Of a stretch of 62,855 nt of DNA, positions 46,366 through 55,609 are shown in pieces. The stretch comes from an uncultured bacterium (GTDB lineage Bacteria > Patescibacteriota > Patescibacteriia > Patescibacteriales > UBA12465), in assembly GCA_938003925.1 (NCBI GenBank), contig CALKWQ010000054.1, forward strand, positions 1 through 62,855. Reading direction: 5' to 3'. Position numbers and translations under genes: made by a program. The notes below the pieces were generated by a model. The model was given only the letters and a program-made list of their open reading frames with translations. It did no database searches and was not told where the DNA came from. Position 1 is the stretch's first letter; the number at the start of each line of letters is the position of its first letter.

Positions 46366-48090
46366 ATGGTTAGCCCTAATTTAGCTACTAAAAAAACTTC
46401 CACCGGCGGAGAAGAGCTTAATGATAACGCTAAAAAGCTCTTTCAGGCTATCTACAATGACTTACACCGTCCCGTAGATCAAGATGATGAAAGTCCGCGC
46501 CTACAAGTATCGGAATTAATTTCCAAGATGGCTTTTTTCTATGAGAAAGTTAGGAATGCCGTAGATTATGAGGAAGATCATTTGCTTAGAAAGAATGCGA
46601 TTGCTCGCATTCTTAAACGCCAAGTAGTAATTGAAGGCTTATTAAAGACACAAAGCACTGAAGCCTTGGCTCGTCACTTGTTGGCAGAATTAATTCGTGC
46701 CAGCTACTTGCCAAATAATGTCTTGCCCGAGTCTAAGGCTAGTGAAGTAACTCAGATTTTGGATAAATATTTGCGTTTACGTCAGGAGTGTTTGAAGACT
46801 TTTGATCCTAGTTTGAATCTTCAGACAGATATTAATAAGGCTAAAAATGAATTACAAGAAAGGAATCGTCTAGTAAATTGGATTTTGACTTTGGCCGCTT
46901 GTGAGATTGAAGAGAATTTAGTGAGCAGTCAGACCAAGCAAGCAATGGTTAACGTGATGTTTGATTCTTTGCGTAGTATTGTACAATTACCTCCTGATTT
47001 GCCTTATGCTCAGGATTTGGATATCCAATTATATTTAAGTATTAGCCGGACTTATTCTCGTTTTGATGAGGATATGCTCTCTTTTGTCCTGTTTAAATAT
47101 TATAATCAAGACTGGACGAGCGACAAAATTGATCCGATGTTTGCTCCTAAAGATAGTCAAATTGTTGCCGTGGCCAAAAACATTCAAATTTTAAGAGCAG
47201 CTATTAATAACCAATTGAAGCATCCTTTAAATAAGCAGCTTGATCGCTTGGTTCGTCGCTACGCTTTATATTTTACCGTCCTACAAGAAACTATCGATGG
47301 TGACCCCGCTAAAGTTTATAATGAATTTAAACAGAATCCTAAAACCTTTTTAAACGCCGTTCGTAAGGTTTGTAATAAAAAATATAAAAAAGCCAAGTCT
47401 CGCTTGTGGCGAGCCGCGATGCGCAGTATTGTTTATATTTTTTTAACAAAATCAATTTTTGTTTTCTTAATTGAGGTCCCAGCTATTCATTGGTTTAATC
47501 AACCTTTAAATCATATTGCTTTGGCTATTAATGTGGTTTTCCCGGCGATTCTTTTGTTTTTGATTGTTACTTTTACGCGCGTACCCGGCGAGAGCAATAC
47601 TGATAGGATTGTGGAAGGGGTTAAAGAGATTGCTTTAGTCAGCGCCGCCAGGCAACAGCCAATCAAATTACGTAATCCCAAGAAAAGAGGCACAACTATT
47701 AACTTTATCTTTAACTTGGTTTATGCCAGTACTTTCTTGCTTTCTACTTATTTCATAGTTTGGTTTTTAACCAAGGTTAATTTTAATTGGGTTAGCATTG
47801 TTATTTTCTTATTTTTCTTAGCTTTTGTTAGTTTTTTCAGTATCATTGTTACTCGCGGCGTCAAAGAATTATTAGTTATTGAAAAGAAGGAGAATTTACT
47901 CTCTTTCTTGGCTGATTTATTCTATATGCCGATTATTATGGCCGGTAAATGGCTGTCGAGCAATGTCTCTAAAGTTAATGTTTTTATCTTTATTTTTGAC
48001 TTCATTATTGAGGCCCCCTTTAAAATTATTGTAGAAATTGCTGAAGAATGGACTAAGTATATTAAGGAGCGCAAAGATAACATGGTTTAA
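46366..48090 (+). CDS. Hypothetical membrane protein with a large helical N-terminal domain and about four C-terminal TMs
   Basis: 574-aa ORF, motif FFYEKVRNAVDYEEDHLLRKNAIARILKR, hydrophobic segments after residue ~355. No function assignable. Confidence 0.8.
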   Translation: MVSPNLATKKTSTGGEELNDNAKKLFQAIYNDLHRPVDQDDESPRLQVSELISKMAFFYEKVRNAVDYEEDHLLRKNAIARILKRQVVIEGLLKTQSTEALARHLLAELIRASYLPNNVLPESKASEVTQILDKYLRLRQECLKTFDPSLNLQTDINKAKNELQERNRLVNWILTLAACEIEENLVSSQTKQAMVNVMFDSLRSIVQLPPDLPYAQDLDIQLYLSISRTYSRFDEDMLSFVLFKYYNQDWTSDKIDPMFAPKDSQIVAVAKNIQILRAAINNQLKHPLNKQLDRLVRRYALYFTVLQETIDGDPAKVYNEFKQNPKTFLNAVRKVCNKKYKKAKSRLWRAAMRSIVYIFLTKSIFVFLIEVPAIHWFNQPLNHIALAINVVFPAILLFLIVTFTRVPGESNTDRIVEGVKEIALVSAARQQPIKLRNPKKRGTTINFIFNLVYASTFLLSTYFIVWFLTKVNFNWVSIVIFLFFLAFVSFFSIIVTRGVKELLVIEKKENLLSFLADLFYMPIIMAGKWLSSNVSKVNVFIFIFDFIIEAPFKIIVEIAEEWTKYIKERKDNMV

Positions 48091-48092
48091 TT

Positions 48093-48794
48093 ATGTCGTT
48101 GGGAAATCTTTTTGTGGCGGCGACGCCAATCGGTAATTTAGAAGATATCAGTTTGCGGGCCTTGCGCATCTTGCGTGAGGCCGATTATGTTTTGTGTGAG
48201 GACACCAGAACTACTAGGCAACTCTTGCAAAAATATGGTATTAAGACGGCCAGTATTTCTTATCACCAGCATTCTGGTTTGGGCAAAATAGATCAACTAA
48301 TTCGTTATCTGGATGAAGGGAAGAATCTGGTGTTAGTGTCTGATGCTGGCACGCCGGGCATTTCCGACCCCGGCTCTTTGTTGGTGGCAGCCGCTCGCCA
48401 GGCCTATGGGGAAGAACTTAAGGTGATACCTTTGCCCGGAGCTAGCGCTGTAATTGCTGCTTTGTCTGTTTCCGGTTGGCCAGCAGATCGCTTTACTTTT
48501 TTTGGTTTTTTGCCTCACAAGAAGGGCCGTCAGACCATGATTAAGGAGGTATTACGCTCACCTTATCCAGCCGTGTTTTATGAGTCAAAGCACCGCTTAA
48601 TCAAGTGCTTGTCGGAATTAGATCTTTTTAGCCAGGAACTTAACTTTAAAATAGAGGTGATGCTGGGTCGCGAATTGACAAAAATGTTTGAGAGTTTTTA
48701 TTTTGGTCAGCCGGCTGATTTGGTTGCTCGCTTGGCCGAGGATTTAGATATGCAAAAAGGAGAGTTTGTTGTCTTAGTTAGAAAGTTAAAATAA
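48093..48794 (+). CDS. rsmI: 16S rRNA Cm1402 methyltransferase
   Basis: ATPIGNLEDISLRAL, CEDTR, VSDAGTPGISDPG, PGASA, YESKHR, RELTKMFE, KGEFV. Confidence 0.96.
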   Translation: MSLGNLFVAATPIGNLEDISLRALRILREADYVLCEDTRTTRQLLQKYGIKTASISYHQHSGLGKIDQLIRYLDEGKNLVLVSDAGTPGISDPGSLLVAAARQAYGEELKVIPLPGASAVIAALSVSGWPADRFTFFGFLPHKKGRQTMIKEVLRSPYPAVFYESKHRLIKCLSELDLFSQELNFKIEVMLGRELTKMFESFYFGQPADLVARLAEDLDMQKGEFVVLVRKLK

Positions 48795-48798
48795 ATTT

Positions 48799-50253
48799 AT
48801 GTCTCAAAATAAAAATTTTTATATTACCACTACCTTACCCTATACTAACTCCGACCCTCATATTGGTTTTGCTGCCGAGATGGTCAAGGCTGATGTTATT
48901 GCTCGTTGGCAACGCCTGCAAGGACAGAAGGTTATCTTTAATACTGGCACCGATGAACATGGTTTAAAAATTTATCAGCAAGCGGTCGCCGCTGGTTTAG
49001 ATGCTCGCACTTACTGTGACCCTTATGCTGCTCGTTTCGCAGCTTTACAGACAGCTTTAAATTTAAGTTTTACTAACTTTATCAGAACCTCTGACCCTGA
49101 ACACTGTCTGGCAGCTCAAGCTTTTTGGCGGCTCTGTGAAGAGCGTGGCGATATTTATAAAAAGTCTTATAAAGTAAAGTACTGTGTTGGTTGTGAACTA
49201 GAAAAAACCGACTCAGAGCTTACAGACGGACGCTGTCCTTTCCACCCTAATCGAGATTTAGAAATTATTGAAGAGGAAAATTATTTTTTCCGTTTTTCTA
49301 AATATCAACAACCTTTGTTAGCTTTTTACGAAGCTAATCCCGATTTCGTTATCCCTAACCATCGTTTTACTGAGATTAAAAACTTTGTGGCTGGAGGTTT
49401 GCAAGATTTTAGTATTTCTCGTTTGCGCGCTAAAATGCCCAATGGTGTGCCCGTGCCTGGTGACGATGATCAAGTAATGTATGTTTGGTTTGATGCTTTA
49501 GTGAATTATATTTCTACTTTAGGCTGGCCCGATGATCAGGTTAATTTTGAAGCTTTTTGGCCAGCAGTGCAGGTGTGTGGCAAGGATAATTTGCGTCAAC
49601 AGACTGCTATGTGGCAAGCGATGTTATTATCAGCCGGCTTACCTTTATCCAAACAGGTGCTGGTTTTCGGTTTCTTAACCGCTAATGGGCAGAAAATTAG
49701 CAAAAGCCTAGGTAACGGCGTTGACCCCTTTTCTTTGTCCAGCTCCTACGGTGCTGAGGCTCTACGTTATTACTTGTTAACTGAAATTTTACCGTTTGAA
49801 GATAGTGATTTTTCCGAAGAGCGCTTGCAACAAAAATACAATGCCGACCTAGCTAATGGTTTAGGTAATCTAGTAGCCCGGGTGAGCACGTTGTTGGAAA
49901 AAAATGGCATTGCCACTCAACTGTCCCCGAATAATTTAGCAGCTATAGCCGAATTACGTGACCATAGCGGTTTACCAGAGTATCAGTTTAACCGGGCTTT
50001 ACAGTTTATTTGGCAGAATATTGCCGTTTGTAATGAAGAATTAACAGCTAAAGCTCCTTGGAAGTTAAGTTCTGCGGAAGAAGTAGGGGCAGTGTTGAAA
50101 CCATTGGCTGCTAAAATTTTAGATATTGCCTTGATGTTGCAACCCCTCTTACCGCTTACAGCCACTAAGATTATTGATCAATTTTCTCAACCACAAATAA
50201 TAAAAGGCGAGTCTCTGTTCCCACGTTTAGTGGCAGACACAAAGACTGCTTGA
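48799..50253 (+). CDS. metG: Methionine--tRNA ligase, short form without the C-terminal dimerisation domain
   Basis: YITTTLPY, PHIGF, TGTDEHG, FIRT, YVWFDAL, KISKSLGN, LANGLGNL. Confidence 0.95.
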   Translation: MSQNKNFYITTTLPYTNSDPHIGFAAEMVKADVIARWQRLQGQKVIFNTGTDEHGLKIYQQAVAAGLDARTYCDPYAARFAALQTALNLSFTNFIRTSDPEHCLAAQAFWRLCEERGDIYKKSYKVKYCVGCELEKTDSELTDGRCPFHPNRDLEIIEEENYFFRFSKYQQPLLAFYEANPDFVIPNHRFTEIKNFVAGGLQDFSISRLRAKMPNGVPVPGDDDQVMYVWFDALVNYISTLGWPDDQVNFEAFWPAVQVCGKDNLRQQTAMWQAMLLSAGLPLSKQVLVFGFLTANGQKISKSLGNGVDPFSLSSSYGAEALRYYLLTEILPFEDSDFSEERLQQKYNADLANGLGNLVARVSTLLEKNGIATQLSPNNLAAIAELRDHSGLPEYQFNRALQFIWQNIAVCNEELTAKAPWKLSSAEEVGAVLKPLAAKILDIALMLQPLLPLTATKIIDQFSQPQIIKGESLFPRLVADTKTA

Positions 50254-50258
50254 AACAT

Positions 50259-50774
50259 ATGTCTTATTTTGATATTGCCTTGGTTGTAGTGCTGGCCGGT
50301 TTTGTATTTAACGGCCTAAGCAAAGGTTTAATTAGATTGTTGGGCAACATTGTTGGTCTCATCGTCGGCGCTTTTATCGCCAGTCGCTTTTATTTGCAAT
50401 TTTACGAATGGAGCCAGAATTTTTTTGGTGGCCGAGAAGGCTTGGGTAAAGTTATTTCTTTTATCGTGGTGTTTGTAGTGGTAACCATGGTTGTTGATTG
50501 GTTATTTATAATTTTAGAGAAGATTTTTAATGTTATTTCTATCATACCTTTCACTAAAACCATTAATCGCTTGCTGGGCGGGGCTTTGGGTTTGCTAGAA
50601 GGTTCTTTATTTATCGGTTTGATTTTATTTGTAGCCTCGCGTTATGCCTGGGTGGGAGGATTGTTTGGTGAACATTTAGTTTCTTCTCAGGTAGCGCCTT
50701 TTTTCTTGAAGGTGGTGCGCTTAGTGATGCCAGTGTTACCAGATGCGCTTAAAGCTTTGCAGTCACTGATTTAA
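50259..50774 (+). CDS. CvpA-family membrane protein
   Basis: FDIALVVVL...GLSKGLI, four TMs, NRLLGGALG. Start moved to ATG 50259. Confidence 0.85.
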   Translation: MSYFDIALVVVLAGFVFNGLSKGLIRLLGNIVGLIVGAFIASRFYLQFYEWSQNFFGGREGLGKVISFIVVFVVVTMVVDWLFIILEKIFNVISIIPFTKTINRLLGGALGLLEGSLFIGLILFVASRYAWVGGLFGEHLVSSQVAPFFLKVVRLVMPVLPDALKALQSLI

Positions 50775-50777
50775 TCT

Positions 50778-51371
50778 ATGAAGCGTCTGGTTTTACCGAC
50801 AGAAGATGATTTATCTTTACGCCGCCTATTGCAAGTACGTCTATCGGCGGGTGCAGTGTTAATGTTGCCCACTGATACTATCTATGGCTTATCTTGTCGC
50901 GCTGACTCAAAGCGGGCTATCGCTAAAATTTTTGCCATTAAGCGACGACCGTCTGACCGCCCTTTGCTGGTGTTGGTTTCCAGCTTATCTATGGCTCAAA
51001 AATTCTGTCGTCTAAATCGCAGACAGGTGGTAGCTTTAAAAAATATTTGGTCACAACCGCGCCCAACTACCGTTTTATTGCCTCATCGTGGTTATTTGCC
51101 GAGTAATTTAACTGCCGGCAGTCCTAATTTGGCGGTGCGTTTGCCCAAAAGTATTTTTTTACGTAAAATGATAAGAGCCTTAGGCGTGCCCTTGGTTTCG
51201 ACCAGCGCTAATTTCAGTGGTCAGGAAGTTTTATCCGTAGAGATGGCTTTAAACATTTTTAAAGGTCAAATTGGTCCCGAGATAGTAGTTGAAGCTAGAT
51301 CTAAGCCCACTAGAGCTTCTCGTTTAGTTCTTCTAGGTCAAGACGGTCGCCAGCAGGTTTTAAGAAAATAA
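50778..51371 (+). CDS. tsaC: Threonylcarbamoyl-AMP synthase (TsaC/YrdC, short form)
   Basis: PTDTIYGL, IFAIKRRP, AVRLP, PLVSTSANFSG. Confidence 0.9.
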   Translation: MKRLVLPTEDDLSLRRLLQVRLSAGAVLMLPTDTIYGLSCRADSKRAIAKIFAIKRRPSDRPLLVLVSSLSMAQKFCRLNRRQVVALKNIWSQPRPTTVLLPHRGYLPSNLTAGSPNLAVRLPKSIFLRKMIRALGVPLVSTSANFSGQEVLSVEMALNIFKGQIGPEIVVEARSKPTRASRLVLLGQDGRQQVLRK

Positions 51372-51380
51372 TAATTTTTT

Positions 51381-52628
51381 ATGGATAATGAGATCAATAA
51401 TAATGTGCGGAAACCTTTTTCGTGGCGCTGGTTATTGGTAGTAGTTTTAATGGCCAGCTCTTTTGTGGCTGGGCTTTCTTGGTCAAACCAAAGTGATGGC
51501 CGTGGCAAACAGATTGCTTATTCTCCAGAAGCTAATAATGTTTCAACGGAATCAGCTTTTGACTTTAATCTTTATTGGGAGGTTTGGGATAAGTTAAAAA
51601 GCGATTATGTAGATAAAAATAAGGTTAAAGATGATGAGCTGTTCTACGGTTCTTTGCGCGGCTTAGTGGCCTCGGTGGGCGACCCTTATACTGTATTTAT
51701 GGACCCCAAAGAAGCTAAAGAATTTACCGATGATTTGTCTGGTACTTTTGAAGGCATCGGTGCCGAAGTGGGGATGCGCGATGATATAATCACTATTATT
51801 GCGCCTTTGGCGGGCATGCCCGCAGAGAAGGCTGGTTTAAGATCGGGCGATAAGCTCTATGCTATTGATGGTGAAAGTACTTTGGGTTTAAGTGTTGATG
51901 CGGCTGTTAAAAAAATTCGTGGCCCCAAAGATACCACTGTGACCCTGACCGTGATTAGGGCGGATGAAGACAAGCCTTTAGAAATAAAAATTGTACGTGG
52001 TTTGATTGTGGTTAAAAGCGTAAAAACAGAACTGCGCAGTGACGGTGTTATGGTGATTACGGTGAGCAATTTTAACGATGATACCATGAGTTTATTTGAT
52101 CAAGCGGTTAAAACTGTTTTAACAAAAAATCCAAAAGGACTAATTCTTGATTTACGCAATAACCCCGGTGGTTATTTGGACACAGCCATTGCTATGGCCA
52201 GCGCTTGGGTTAAGGAAGGGCCGGTGGTAGTAGAACAATTTGGTGAAGGTAGGCGCCAAGAATATTTTGCTGAAGGCAGTGCTAGTTTGGGTGCGTTTAA
52301 GACTATTGTCTTAATTAACGGCGGCAGCGCTTCGGCTTCAGAAATTGTAGCCGGCGCTTTACGTGATTATAAGAAGGCGACCTTAGTCGGTGAGCAATCT
52401 TACGGTAAAGGCTCAGTTCAGGGCTTACGCGATTTAAGTGACGGTTCAGCTCTGAAGGTAACCGTAGCTAAATGGCTCACGCCTAATGGCGACTTTATTA
52501 ACGATAAAGGCATAGCGCCCGATATTGAAGTAAAGCTGACTAAAGAAGATATTAACAAGAACAAAGATCCGCAAATGTCTAAAGCTTTAGAACTAATTTT
52601 AAAGCCTGTTTCTGCAGTTAAAAAATAA
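51381..52628 (+). CDS. S41 C-terminal processing protease (CtpA-like) with PDZ domain
   Basis: DPYT, GIGAEV, RGPKDT, LDLRNNPGGYL, SASASEIVAGAL, YGKGSVQ, GIAPDI. Confidence 0.93.
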   Translation: MDNEINNNVRKPFSWRWLLVVVLMASSFVAGLSWSNQSDGRGKQIAYSPEANNVSTESAFDFNLYWEVWDKLKSDYVDKNKVKDDELFYGSLRGLVASVGDPYTVFMDPKEAKEFTDDLSGTFEGIGAEVGMRDDIITIIAPLAGMPAEKAGLRSGDKLYAIDGESTLGLSVDAAVKKIRGPKDTTVTLTVIRADEDKPLEIKIVRGLIVVKSVKTELRSDGVMVITVSNFNDDTMSLFDQAVKTVLTKNPKGLILDLRNNPGGYLDTAIAMASAWVKEGPVVVEQFGEGRRQEYFAEGSASLGAFKTIVLINGGSASASEIVAGALRDYKKATLVGEQSYGKGSVQGLRDLSDGSALKVTVAKWLTPNGDFINDKGIAPDIEVKLTKEDINKNKDPQMSKALELILKPVSAVKK

Positions 52629-52665
52629 GTCAAGCTGAGGTTATAAGCGTCAGCCGATTTTCTTT

Positions 52666-54345
52666 ATGAAAAAAGCAAATAAACTCGTGGTTAAAGACAA
52701 TAAGACTGTTAATCCAAAATTTATTTTTGTGGTCGGAGGCGTTATGTCTGGCGTGGGCAAAGGCGTAAGCACGGCGTCAATTGGCCAGATTTTACAAGCT
52801 CGTGGCTATAATGTGAGCGCGATTAAGATGGATCCTTATATAAACGTGGATGCTGGCACCATGAACCCAATTGAGCATGGCGAGGTTTTTGTGACTGAAG
52901 ATGGAGATGAAACCGATCAAGATTTAGGTAACTATGAGCGTTTTTTGGGTAAAAACATTTACAAAGAGAACTACATGACGACTGGTCGTATCTACCAAAC
53001 TGTCATTAACCGAGAACGTAATTTGGAATATAAAGGTAAGTGCGTGCAAGTTGTTCCTCATATCCCTCAGGAGATACGTCGTCGTATTGATTTAGCTGTA
53101 GCTAAAACTGGCGCTGAAATAATGATTATTGAAATTGGCGGCACGGTTGGAGAATATGAGAATTTGCTGTTTTTAGAGGCGGCGCGCGTGATGAAGCTTT
53201 ATAATCCTAAAGATGTTTTGTTTGTGATGGTTTCTTATTTGCCAGTGCCTAGCACTATTGGCGAGATGAAGACTAAGCCGACTCAACACGCTGTGCGTAG
53301 TCTTAATGGCGCTGGCATTCAACCAGATTTTCTTATCGCCCGCAGCGAAAAACCGATAGACATGGCGCGCAAAGAGAAACTAGCTATTAATTGTAATGTT
53401 GCTATTGCTGATGTAATTTCCGCGCCAGATGCTGATTCTATTTATGACATTCCTTTGAATTTTGAAAAAGAAAATATTGGCCAGCGTATTTTAAAAAAAT
53501 TAGATTTGCCTTTGCGGCATCAGCAAGCAGATAACGCTGCTTGGAAAAAATTTGTTACCGCTACGAAAAATCAGGATAAATTGGTTAACATTGGTATTGT
53601 CGGTAAGTATTTTGCTAGTGGTGATTTTTCTTTAACTGATTCTTACATCTCTGTAATTGAGGCAGTAAAGCATGCTGCCGCGGCCAACCATTGTCGAGTA
53701 AAATTAAACTGGCTGAGTGCAGAAGAGGTAGAGCAGAGCGGTTCAGTCGTTTTAAAGGGTATGGATGGTTTAATCATACCTCAGGGCTGGGGTGGTCGTG
53801 GCGCAGAGGGCAAGATTGAAGCTATTAAATATTGCCGGGAGCAAAAAATTCCTTATTTTGGTTTATGTTATGGCATGCAAATGGCTGTGATTGAATTTGC
53901 CCGTAATGTGGCTGGCCTCACTCTAGCTAATTCTGCCGAAATAAATCCTAAGACCCCTGACCCGGTAATTCATATTATGCCTGGGCAGGAAAAACTTATT
54001 GCCCAGAAGGGTTATGGCGGCACCATCCGTTTGGGTGGTTGGCCTTGTGCTTTGAGTTCCGGTACGCAGCTAGCGGCAGCCTATGCTAAATATACTCCCG
54101 CTAAGACAGTTTCTGAAAGACACCGACACCGGTATGAATTTAACAATCATTATCGCGAGCAGTTGGAAAGATTAGGTTTAGTAATTTCAGGAACTTCTCC
54201 TGACGGTCAGATTGTTGAAGCCATTGAACTAAAAAATCATCCTTTTTTTGTCGGTGTGCAGTTTCATCCAGAATATATTTCTCGCCCCCTTTCGCCTCAT
54301 CCCTTATTTGTAGCCTTTGTAAAAGCTGCTCTTGGCGGCAAATAG
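52666..54345 (+). CDS. pyrG: CTP synthase
   Basis: GGVMSGVGKG, KMDPYINVDAGTM, EIGGTVG, KTKPTQH, GLCYGMQ, ERHRHRYE, QFHPE. Confidence 0.97.
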   Translation: MKKANKLVVKDNKTVNPKFIFVVGGVMSGVGKGVSTASIGQILQARGYNVSAIKMDPYINVDAGTMNPIEHGEVFVTEDGDETDQDLGNYERFLGKNIYKENYMTTGRIYQTVINRERNLEYKGKCVQVVPHIPQEIRRRIDLAVAKTGAEIMIIEIGGTVGEYENLLFLEAARVMKLYNPKDVLFVMVSYLPVPSTIGEMKTKPTQHAVRSLNGAGIQPDFLIARSEKPIDMARKEKLAINCNVAIADVISAPDADSIYDIPLNFEKENIGQRILKKLDLPLRHQQADNAAWKKFVTATKNQDKLVNIGIVGKYFASGDFSLTDSYISVIEAVKHAAAANHCRVKLNWLSAEEVEQSGSVVLKGMDGLIIPQGWGGRGAEGKIEAIKYCREQKIPYFGLCYGMQMAVIEFARNVAGLTLANSAEINPKTPDPVIHIMPGQEKLIAQKGYGGTIRLGGWPCALSSGTQLAAAYAKYTPAKTVSERHRHRYEFNNHYREQLERLGLVISGTSPDGQIVEAIELKNHPFFVGVQFHPEYISRPLSPHPLFVAFVKAALGGK

Positions 54346-54374
54346 CTTAATATTTTCTACGGATGCTTTTATAC

Positions 54375-54407
54375 AAAATACCTCGGATAAAATCCGAGGT
54401 ATTTTTT
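54375..54407. terminator. Bidirectional terminator between pyrG and rpmA
   Basis: AAAATACCTCGGAT-AAA-ATCCGAGGTATTTT, 14-bp perfect stem. Confidence 0.8.
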
Positions 54408-54436
54408 ATGATTTTTGATTTATCTGGTGACAGGTA

Positions 54437-54712
54437 TTATTTAATCACACTGACAATTTTGGTGGTTTTTAAATTGCCATCAAATTTTTTCAATTTTTTA
54501 GTACTGAATTTTACCTTGCCGTCAACCACCGAAAAAAGAGTATCGTCGTTACCGCGACGTACATTTTCTCCAGGATGATACTTGGTTCCGCGTTGGCGGA
54601 TAATAATGTTGCCGGCTTTTGCGCTCTGACCGTCAGACAGCTTAACGCCAAGGCGCTTACTTTCTGAATCACGTCCTAACGAAGTTGAACCGGCGGCTTT
54701 CTTATGTGCCAT
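54437..54712 (-). CDS. rpmA: 50S ribosomal protein L27
   Basis: [42 protein letters not shown]. Confidence 0.98.
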   Translation of the reverse strand: MAHKKAAGSTSLGRDSESKRLGVKLSDGQSAKAGNIIIRQRGTKYHPGENVRRGNDDTLFSVVDGKVKFSTKKLKKFDGNLKTTKIVSVIK

Positions 54713-54824
54713 ACAGGTGTGGTGGCAGCCGTCGCCCTAATAAAAAGAAAACGGCCAGCCGCTTTTTCGTTAAAGATTTTTTAATCAATACAGCTAATAT
54801 AACAAAATATTTTATCCTTGTCAA
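54713..54824 (-). promoter_or_regulatory. Own promoter and ~75-nt hairpin leader of rpmA
   Basis: TTGACA (54824-54819), 17 nt, TATATT (54801-54796); leader stem GGC(T)GGCCGTT/GACGGCTGCC with G-U pairs on the minus strand. Confidence 0.6.
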
Positions 54825-54948
54825 CCTTAACTAATTAGCCTCAGTTTGGGTGTTATTTTTTTAAAAACATGCTATAATTTTAATGTTAATATTCTTAAAA
54901 AAGAGGGGCGGCAGGCCTAAGCGTGCTGTTTTTCCTTTGTTTAATCAT

Positions 54949-55119
54949 ATGATTAAAGTTAATCAAAATCAATGCATTGGTTGTGGTTTATGTGTCGGTA
55001 TGTGCCCAGAAACTTTTATGATGAATGCTGATGGTAAGTCTGAAGTTCTTGCTCAGACTGATAACGAATGTGCGCAAAATGCTGTTGCCAGTTGTCCAGT
55101 TAATGCGATTAGTCTTTAA
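54949..55119 (+). CDS. Single-cluster [4Fe-4S] ferredoxin
   Basis: CIGCGLC...CP and distal SCPVNAI; 56 aa from ATG 54949. Confidence 0.92.
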   Translation: MIKVNQNQCIGCGLCVGMCPETFMMNADGKSEVLAQTDNECAQNAVASCPVNAISL

Positions 55120-55120
55120 T

Positions 55121-55606
55121 ATGGCTGCAGAAAATAAAATTGAACAAGTAGTGCCAGTTGCACCAGAAAAAGGTGCCGCTGGTAAAAGCATAGAAAAATT
55201 GTCTGCCACCACTTTTGAACAGCCTATAAATAAGGTCGAAGCTTTGCCTAAAAAAGATATTATCCAGGAGCCTCAGAAGCCGGCAATCTCCGCCTCTCCT
55301 GTTATTAATCAAATCGACGCGGTCCAGAGCCAACGAGTGCAGGCTATTGAAAATATCTTAGCTGATGGCCTGGATAAAGTTTTTTTACAGATGAATCCCC
55401 AGGAGCAAAAGAAATTTAAGGAAGAGGGCGAAAAAACCGCTAATAAAATCAGCCAACTGTTAGATAAAGCCAAATTGAGTGTAGATAAGGTGGTGACTTT
55501 AATCAGGCGTTGGTTAGGCCTTATTCCTCGTGTCAATCGTTTTTTCTTAGAGCAGGAAGCAAAAATCAAAGCTGATAAAATCTTAAAAATTAAAAAAAGC
55601 TTTTAA
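55121..55606 (+). CDS. Hypothetical protein directly upstream of the VirD4-like ATPase
   Basis: Low-complexity N-terminus, helical C-terminus WLGLIPRVNRFFLEQEAKIKAD; ends 3 nt before the ATPase start. Start moved to ATG 55121. Confidence 0.75.
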   Translation: MAAENKIEQVVPVAPEKGAAGKSIEKLSATTFEQPINKVEALPKKDIIQEPQKPAISASPVINQIDAVQSQRVQAIENILADGLDKVFLQMNPQEQKKFKEEGEKTANKISQLLDKAKLSVDKVVTLIRRWLGLIPRVNRFFLEQEAKIKADKILKIKKSF

Positions 55607-55609
55607 TCT

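Noticed and set aside
5220-55120. Longer N-termini from the ORF track (e.g. 5220, 5881, 8828, 10606, 35086, 45387, 54883, 55025)
   Set aside because: Extensions overlap upstream genes, promoters or leaders, and family homology begins at the downstream ATG.
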